Below, piece by piece: positions 58,101-64,000 of a stretch of 64,000 nt of DNA. A program made the translations under genes and the position numbers. Below the pieces are notes generated by a model. It saw only the letters and a list, made by a program, of their open reading frames with translations, was not told where the DNA came from and made no database searches. Numbering within the stretch: the stretch's first letter is position 1; each line of letters opens with the position of its first letter. Source of the stretch: a virus; IMG/VR virus record IMGVR_UViG_3300011115_000879, positions 32,001 to 96,000 of that record. One strand, written 5' to 3'.

Positions 58101-59990
58101 ATGGCAGAACAACAAAATGATCCAGGATTATTTGGCAAATTGAAACGCCTATTTTCGACGGACGTTATTATAAGAAATGTAGGAGGAGATCAACTGAAAG
58201 TTACTGATGTTGATAGAATTCAAGCTTATGGTAACATAAAAACAAATGCCTTAATAGATAGATTTACTAAGTTGCATAGATACGGAGCTAATATGCCGTA
58301 TAATCCAACAATGAACTACCAAACACTTCGCATTCAGTTATACACTGACTATGAAGCAATGGATACAGAATCTATTATCGCATCAGCATTAGATATTATT
58401 GCTGATGAAGCAACATTAAAGAATGAAAATGGAGAAGTAATTCAAATTATGTCTCCAGACGAAAATATTCAACGCATTCTATATAACTTATTTTACGATG
58501 TATTAAACATTGAATTTAACTTATGGATGTGGATTAGAAACATGTGCAAATATGGTGATTTTTATCTTCACCTTGAGATTGCAGAAAAGTTCGGTATATA
58601 CACAGTAACACCACTGTCTGTATACGATATGGTTCGTGAAGAAGGAATGGACCCACAAAACCCCTCATATGTTTGCTTCAAAATTGATCCAATGGTTATT
58701 GCAGCTGGTGGTATTAATTCTCGAGTTAAAGACAGAGATGGAAAAATTAAGTTTGAGAATTATGAGATAGCTCATTTTCGCTTATTAACCGACGCTAATT
58801 ATCTACCATATGGTAGAGCATATATTGAACCAGCACGTAAAACGTACAAACAATACGTACTAATGAAAGATGCGATGTTATTACATCGTGTTACTCGTGC
58901 TCCGGAAAAACGCGTATTCTATATTGATATTGGTAATTTACCTCCTAATGAGGTTGATGGATACATGGAGAAGTTGAAAAACAAAATGAAGAAAACTCCA
59001 TTTATTGACCAAAATACAGGCGAATATAACTTACGTTATAATCAAATGAACGTAATGGAAGATTTTTATATTCCTCAACGTGGCGCTAATAGTAATACTA
59101 AGATTGATACAATTAAAGGTTTAGAGTATAACGCAATTGATGACGTAAACTTCTTACGTGATGAAATGTTAGCTGCTCTTAAAGTACCAAAAGCATTCTT
59201 CGGATTTGAAAAGGATTTAACTGGTAAAGCTACATTAGCCGCTGAAGATATCCGTTTCGCTCGTACAGTAGAACGTATTCAACGTATTGTATTATCTGAA
59301 TTATATAAAATGGCATTAGTGCATTTATATACTCAAGGATATGATGGTGAATCACTAAATAACTTTGAATTAAATTTATCTACTCCATCAATCATCTACG
59401 AACAAGAAAAAGTAGCATTATGGAAAGAAAAGATTGCATTAGCTAAAGATGTTCAAGATAGTAAATTAATGCCTTCAGATTGGATTTACGATAAAATATT
59501 CCAATTCAGTGAAGATCAATACGATGAATACCGTGATTTGGTAGCTGAAGATATGAAACGTACATTCCGCCTATCTCAAATTGAGAACGAAGGCAATGAC
59601 CCAGCTAAATCAGGCAAATCATATGGTACACCACATGATCTAGCATCATTATATGGTAAAGGAAGAAATGGTACAGGAACAAATCCAGTACCTCCAGGAT
59701 ATGATGAAAAAGCACCTGTTGGTCGTCCTAAAGAAAAAGCATCTATTGTTGGTACACAAGATAGAGCATTAGGTAAAGACCCATTAGGTAGTAAAGAAAA
59801 TGGAACATTATACACTGCAAATATACCTGACGAAACAGGTACACCAAAAGGTGGTTCACCATTAGCATTAGCTGAATCTTATAGATATAAAAGTATGCTA
59901 TCAATGATACCTAGGGGTGAAAAGCAAATAATCTTTGAAGCAGAAGAAAAATCTAATCTACTAGACGAAGATAATATTAAAGGACTATAA
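58101..59990 (+). CDS. gp20: Portal protein (T4 gp20-like)
   Basis: ALDIIADE, RAPEKRVFYID.GN, EDFYIP.RG, AL.VPK; follows terL. Confidence 0.92.
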   Translation: MAEQQNDPGLFGKLKRLFSTDVIIRNVGGDQLKVTDVDRIQAYGNIKTNALIDRFTKLHRYGANMPYNPTMNYQTLRIQLYTDYEAMDTESIIASALDIIADEATLKNENGEVIQIMSPDENIQRILYNLFYDVLNIEFNLWMWIRNMCKYGDFYLHLEIAEKFGIYTVTPLSVYDMVREEGMDPQNPSYVCFKIDPMVIAAGGINSRVKDRDGKIKFENYEIAHFRLLTDANYLPYGRAYIEPARKTYKQYVLMKDAMLLHRVTRAPEKRVFYIDIGNLPPNEVDGYMEKLKNKMKKTPFIDQNTGEYNLRYNQMNVMEDFYIPQRGANSNTKIDTIKGLEYNAIDDVNFLRDEMLAALKVPKAFFGFEKDLTGKATLAAEDIRFARTVERIQRIVLSELYKMALVHLYTQGYDGESLNNFELNLSTPSIIYEQEKVALWKEKIALAKDVQDSKLMPSDWIYDKIFQFSEDQYDEYRDLVAEDMKRTFRLSQIENEGNDPAKSGKSYGTPHDLASLYGKGRNGTGTNPVPPGYDEKAPVGRPKEKASIVGTQDRALGKDPLGSKENGTLYTANIPDETGTPKGGSPLALAESYRYKSMLSMIPRGEKQIIFEAEEKSNLLDEDNIKGL

Positions 59991-60028
59991 AGTACTGTAT
60001 ATTTATACGCAGTGTATACTAACTAATT

Positions 60029-60883
60029 ATGAAGATTAAACATAACAAATTTAAAAATACAGGTATATTATTTGAATTGCTAGTGCGCCAAATCGCATCA
60101 GATACTATATCTGGTAAAGATTCGGCTGCAATTAATTTAGTAAAGAAATACTTTTCTAAATCTGAATTAGCAAAAGAACATAAAATATACCAAGCTTTAG
60201 TTAGCTCAAAAGCATTAACTGAAGGTAAAGCCGAATCATTAATTAATGCTACGCTTGAATTATCTTCACGTTTAAATAAATCTGCTTTACGCAAAGAAAA
60301 ATACAATATCATTAAAGATATTCGTGAATCTTATGAATTGGAAGAATTTTTCAAATCAAAAATCAACAACTACCCTCAATACGCAGCAGCATATATTTTA
60401 CTTGAAGCTAATAATTCATTAGAATTTATTGAGCCATCTCAAGTTATTGAGAATAAAGTAACTTTACTTGAACATATATCTCGTACTACCGTTAATAAAA
60501 CCGATGTTAAAGATCGCGTTTTAGAAGAGTACGCTACTATGGATAAAGGTACTCGCATATTAGTATATAAAATGTTACTAGAGAAATTTAATAGCAAATA
60601 CAATAATATGTCTAATGCTCAAAAATCAGTACTAAAAGAATACATTAACAATATATCTAATACAGTTAAATTAAGAGAATTTGTAAATGATAGCTTCGTT
60701 GCTATTAAATTAGATTTAATTAAACTTAACAAAGTGGTAACAGATAAAACTACTCAGATTAAAATACACGAAGTAGCTAATTTATTAAAACCATTGGATA
60801 AAAATCAAAATGTAAAAGACGATAACATTATTGCTTTACTACAATTCCATCAGTTAGTAGCTGAACTTAAATCTATTAAGTAA
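60029..60883 (+). CDS. Head-module helical protein, function unknown
   Basis: KH.KFKNTGILFELL; lies between portal and protease. Confidence 0.75.
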   Translation: MKIKHNKFKNTGILFELLVRQIASDTISGKDSAAINLVKKYFSKSELAKEHKIYQALVSSKALTEGKAESLINATLELSSRLNKSALRKEKYNIIKDIRESYELEEFFKSKINNYPQYAAAYILLEANNSLEFIEPSQVIENKVTLLEHISRTTVNKTDVKDRVLEEYATMDKGTRILVYKMLLEKFNSKYNNMSNAQKSVLKEYINNISNTVKLREFVNDSFVAIKLDLIKLNKVVTDKTTQIKIHEVANLLKPLDKNQNVKDDNIIALLQFHQLVAELKSIK

Positions 60884-61536
60884 TGACACTGGAAGAATAT
60901 ATCAAAAAAATCATAGATGAAGAATCAGCATCTGGTGATGCTGGTGGATATATGACTCCAAAAGCATTTTCTCCTAAAGGACAAGGCAAAAATGCTGCTA
61001 CTAAATCAGCAGAAAAACAAGGTTGGAAAGTTACTAAAGGTGAAACCGAAATGCCTGCTGATTCTAAAGTAAAAGATTATAAATCTATTTGGAATAAAAA
61101 GAAAAAAAGAACTAAAATATATAACGAAAGCGGCTATACCGAAAAATCTATTTCTTCCCAATCAAGTGGATACACTGCAGCAAGCGGTTATACAGGTGGT
61201 GGAATTAAAGGAGACGATTATTATAAAAAAGAAAGTATGAATAAAGAATTATTGGATATTATTGAAAAAGAAATAATAAACGAGGCTACATACAATAAAT
61301 TCAAAAAAGAAATATCTTACCGTTCTAAAACTGAAATGCTACATAAAGGTATTAAGCAAGTAAAACGTAAGTTAGCCGAAATCGATCGTATCGTTGAATA
61401 TACATCTCGTATGAAACAAGAATTGAGTGAAGGTGAAGAAGGTGTTAAATATTGGAAATCAACTGAAAAAAACGTTACTCAAATCGCTGAAATGGTAAAT
61501 AACTTAAACGAAAAAATTAAAAATTTATATAAATAA
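60883..61536 (+). CDS. Putative prohead core/internal protein
   Basis: IIDE, IYNE and IINE sites; GY.TPKAF. Confidence 0.65.
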   Translation: MTLEEYIKKIIDEESASGDAGGYMTPKAFSPKGQGKNAATKSAEKQGWKVTKGETEMPADSKVKDYKSIWNKKKKRTKIYNESGYTEKSISSQSSGYTAASGYTGGGIKGDDYYKKESMNKELLDIIEKEIINEATYNKFKKEISYRSKTEMLHKGIKQVKRKLAEIDRIVEYTSRMKQELSEGEEGVKYWKSTEKNVTQIAEMVNNLNEKIKNLYK

Positions 61537-61844
61537 TGGCTAATATACCAGTAAACCCAGGTGGAACATTTTTATTTGCAGGTCAAACCGCAACAGGATC
61601 ATTTGCAGGAATGCTTGCCCTATCAACAGGATCAGTATTTGCTCCTACAGGATCACAAATAACAGGATTAAAATATATTAATGGATATAATGTAGTATCT
61701 GATGGAAAAGGATTTCAAAACTATATTCCTACAGAAACTACTATATCAACTGTATTTAATCTAGATCCTGGTACTAAAATTGATTTAGTAATTACTTCTT
61801 GTAGTTTAGCTGCCGGAAGTGCACCTGTAATTTTATATACTTAA
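61536..61844 (+). CDS. Small structural protein
   Basis: TGS-rich beta protein. Confidence 0.6.
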   Translation: MANIPVNPGGTFLFAGQTATGSFAGMLALSTGSVFAPTGSQITGLKYINGYNVVSDGKGFQNYIPTETTISTVFNLDPGTKIDLVITSCSLAAGSAPVILYT

Positions 61845-61856
61845 AATAAAACAATA

Positions 61857-61982
61857 ATGGCAAAAGCATCATCAAGCGACGCTCGTAAAGTAACATTTGG
61901 TGCTCGTAAAAAAGGAGCAGCAAAAAAATCATTCAACAAACATTCACCTCGTCCAAAGAAATATAAAAGTCAAGGCCGCTAA
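61857..61982 (+). CDS. 41-aa highly basic peptide (not in ORF track)
   Basis: MAKASSS..RPKKYKSQGR; fills the gap. Confidence 0.65.
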   Translation: MAKASSSDARKVTFGARKKGAAKKSFNKHSPRPKKYKSQGR

Positions 61983-61994
61983 ACTATACCAAGC

Positions 61995-63032
61995 ATGAAA
62001 AGTGTAAAACAACAATACATCGATTTACAAGAAGGTAAAATGTCTCAAACGCAATTTATGCGTAATATACGTTTAACCTTACCTCAGTATGTTACTAATG
62101 TAACATCATTTGATGATTCAGTTAGAATCCTTAAAAATAAAGGTATATTATCTGAAGCTGATACAAAATCATCTGAAGGTGAAGGTAAATGGAAAACAGT
62201 TACTGGTAAAGATTTATATAGTCATTTTAAAGAAATTGACAATTTAAATGGTCAAGAAGTATTAGTTGGTGTTGATTATGAAATGGAAAAAAATCCTGAG
62301 CTAACTAAACTAGAAGCTCAAAAGATTGTAATTAAAAACCTAAAGAAAAATCAATTTTACTACACAGCACAAGATGTATCTGGTGTAGAAGGATATGAGA
62401 TGGAATATATGGGTTCTAAAGAAGATGTAAAGGCTCGTCAAATGCAATATCTTGAAAAAAACATGAGCAATGTTGTTGACAAGAAAATGGGTATGAAACC
62501 AGTTAAAGGCTTCGAAAACGCAAAAGCATCATCAAATAAAGCATCTAAAGAAACTAATAAAAGTGGAGAAATAGATATAATGTCATTAGTAGCTAAAACC
62601 GTTCGTGGTTTAGTTAAAATGGACGCTACCGGTGAAAAAGCTAAGAAAATTGTAATGAAGGAAGGTGAAGAAATGGATACAATGGCATTAGTACAACGTT
62701 TCATTAATAGCAATCCTACATTAAGACAACACACCACAGATATTGAACTTGAAAATAGCGGTAAAGGTGTTATTTTGAAATACGGATTTTATGATACATT
62801 ACCTGATGAATTATATTCTAAATTAGAATTACAATTTGATGTTAATGGAATGGATGATAATACAGATGAGGAAGGTGAAAAAGTATATTATACATTAACA
62901 CCAAAAAAATCACCATATAACTCACAATACTCAGGTGTCGGTTTACAATCACCATTAGAAGAAGAAATACGCAAACAAGTAAAAGAAATGTTTGATGGTC
63001 GTGACAATTTAACTGATATTGAAAATTTTTAA
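61995..63032 (+). CDS. Putative prohead core/internal protein
   Basis: Multiple hydrophobic-x-E sites; adjacent to protease. Confidence 0.65.
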   Translation: MKSVKQQYIDLQEGKMSQTQFMRNIRLTLPQYVTNVTSFDDSVRILKNKGILSEADTKSSEGEGKWKTVTGKDLYSHFKEIDNLNGQEVLVGVDYEMEKNPELTKLEAQKIVIKNLKKNQFYYTAQDVSGVEGYEMEYMGSKEDVKARQMQYLEKNMSNVVDKKMGMKPVKGFENAKASSNKASKETNKSGEIDIMSLVAKTVRGLVKMDATGEKAKKIVMKEGEEMDTMALVQRFINSNPTLRQHTTDIELENSGKGVILKYGFYDTLPDELYSKLELQFDVNGMDDNTDEEGEKVYYTLTPKKSPYNSQYSGVGLQSPLEEEIRKQVKEMFDGRDNLTDIENF

Positions 63033-63033
63033 T

Positions 63034-63648
63034 ATGAAGCAACTATTAATCGATCATACACCGTTTAACGTAGCAAAACTAACATTATCTGAAGCGAAAG
63101 CAATAGATAATGGTAGAATGCGTATTAAAGGTAAATTACAAGAAGCCGAACAAAAGAATGGCAATGGTCGTGTTTATCCTATGGAAGTATTGCGTCGCGA
63201 AGTAGAAAAATACATTGACGGCCCAATAAAATCTAATACAGCAATGGGTGAGTTAGATCACCCCGAAGCATCAATCGTTAACTTAAACAACGTATCACAC
63301 AATATTAAACGCATATGGTGGGAAGGTAATGACTTGATGGGTGAATTAGAATTACTAAATACACCATCAGGAAAAATTGCTCAAGAAATTATATCTGCAG
63401 GAATACCATTAGGTATATCTTCACGTGGTATGGGTTCAGTAAAGCAAATTGGTGAATCCGTAGAAGTACAAGACGATTTCGAATTAGTATGTTGGGATTT
63501 GGTATCATTACCATCAACACCAGATGCATATATGAGATTATCTGAAGGTAAACAAACATCAACAACACCATCAAAAGACTATAGTAAAATTAATTCATTA
63601 ATAACTGAAATAATTTGCACTCACACAGGTGTATGTGCATTATGTTAA
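63034..63648 (+). CDS. gp21: Prohead core protease (T4 gp21-like)
   Basis: N.NGRVYP, GELDHP, SH, GISSRGMGS, WDLV..PS. Confidence 0.93.
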   Translation: MKQLLIDHTPFNVAKLTLSEAKAIDNGRMRIKGKLQEAEQKNGNGRVYPMEVLRREVEKYIDGPIKSNTAMGELDHPEASIVNLNNVSHNIKRIWWEGNDLMGELELLNTPSGKIAQEIISAGIPLGISSRGMGSVKQIGESVEVQDDFELVCWDLVSLPSTPDAYMRLSEGKQTSTTPSKDYSKINSLITEIICTHTGVCALC

Positions 63649-63671
63649 TATTTATACAAAAATAACCCCAA

Positions 63672-64000
63672 ATGAAACAACCAATTAACGAAATTAAAAG
63701 AATGCAGCAATTAGCTGGTCTTATTACTGAATCACAGTTAAATGAAGTAGAATCGTCTTTACAAACATATTTAACAAGTATAGAAAAAAATTTAAAAAGT
63801 AAACCTGAAGAATTAACAAAAAAGATTACAGATTATTTACATTCTGTTTTTGTTGTAGGAAACGGAATACCAGGAGTTATAAGTGTCCCTAATCATATAT
63901 ACTATGTTATCCCAAGTAAAAAAGGTGATAACTTTATAACAGTAATGGGATACACAGATAGAGATAAAGGATTTATAGTTAATGATCAAATTTTAAAATG
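63672..64000 (+). CDS. Partial ORF with MKQPINEIKRMQQLAGLITE leader (runs off window)
   Basis: Open to window end; late motif at 63648. Confidence 0.7.
   Translation, partial: MKQPINEIKRMQQLAGLITESQLNEVESSLQTYLTSIEKNLKSKPEELTKKITDYLHSVFVVGNGIPGVISVPNHIYYVIPSKKGDNFITVMGYTDRDKGFIVNDQILK

Larger units (their letters stand above)
17598..63655 (+). promoter_or_regulatory. Putative late promoter motif ATATTTAT, recurring
   Basis: Intergenic copies at 17598,18343,19685,22745,26024,33282,38142,43176,46897,49808,54267,56461,58073,59999,63648 (also 6241,14878), mostly shortly upstream of a start codon. Confidence 0.75.

Noticed and set aside
7141-63574. Minus-strand ORFs and short alternative-frame ORFs in the track
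   Set aside because: Nearly all shadow longer plus-strand genes with recognisable motifs; no promoters or leaders support them
1-64000. Stop-codon reassignment, or introns/inteins in terminase, primase or portal
   Set aside because: Core genes are intact and of ordinary length in the standard code; TAA, TAG and TGA all appear as stops

Overview
AT-rich, almost entirely plus-strand segment of a large T4-like (myovirus-type) phage genome. A Bacteroidota host is inferred from the A-rich leaders without Shine-Dalgarno sites and from a box resembling the Bacteroidota -7 promoter element. Layout: (1) 1-16.5 kb is an early/accessory region of small genes, most preceded by a repeated promoter-leader cassette (G[G/T]CA-N12-TA[C/T]ATT[C/T]A-N4-AACCAAAAA..ATG, about 34 copies by eye). 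It includes a tRNA-Glu, AT-hook-like proteins and a compositionally distinct 9.6-16.4 kb island with structured non-coding elements. (2) 17.6-36 kb holds a gp55-like sigma factor, baseplate/tail genes and a GH19 endolysin. (3) 36-38 kb holds a primase and a PD-(D/E)xK nuclease. (4) 38-56 kb holds unusual proteins that share leader motifs ending in hydrophobic-x-Glu, the T4 gp21 prohead-protease consensus. One is a 1149-aa multi-enzyme polyprotein. (5) 56-64 kb holds the large terminase, portal and prohead protease. Best candidates for undescribed biology: a protease-processed capsid-cargo addressing system, the promoter-cassette array, and a two-part structured RNA at 14.8-15.1 kb. All calls come from reading motifs by eye; no database searches were run.
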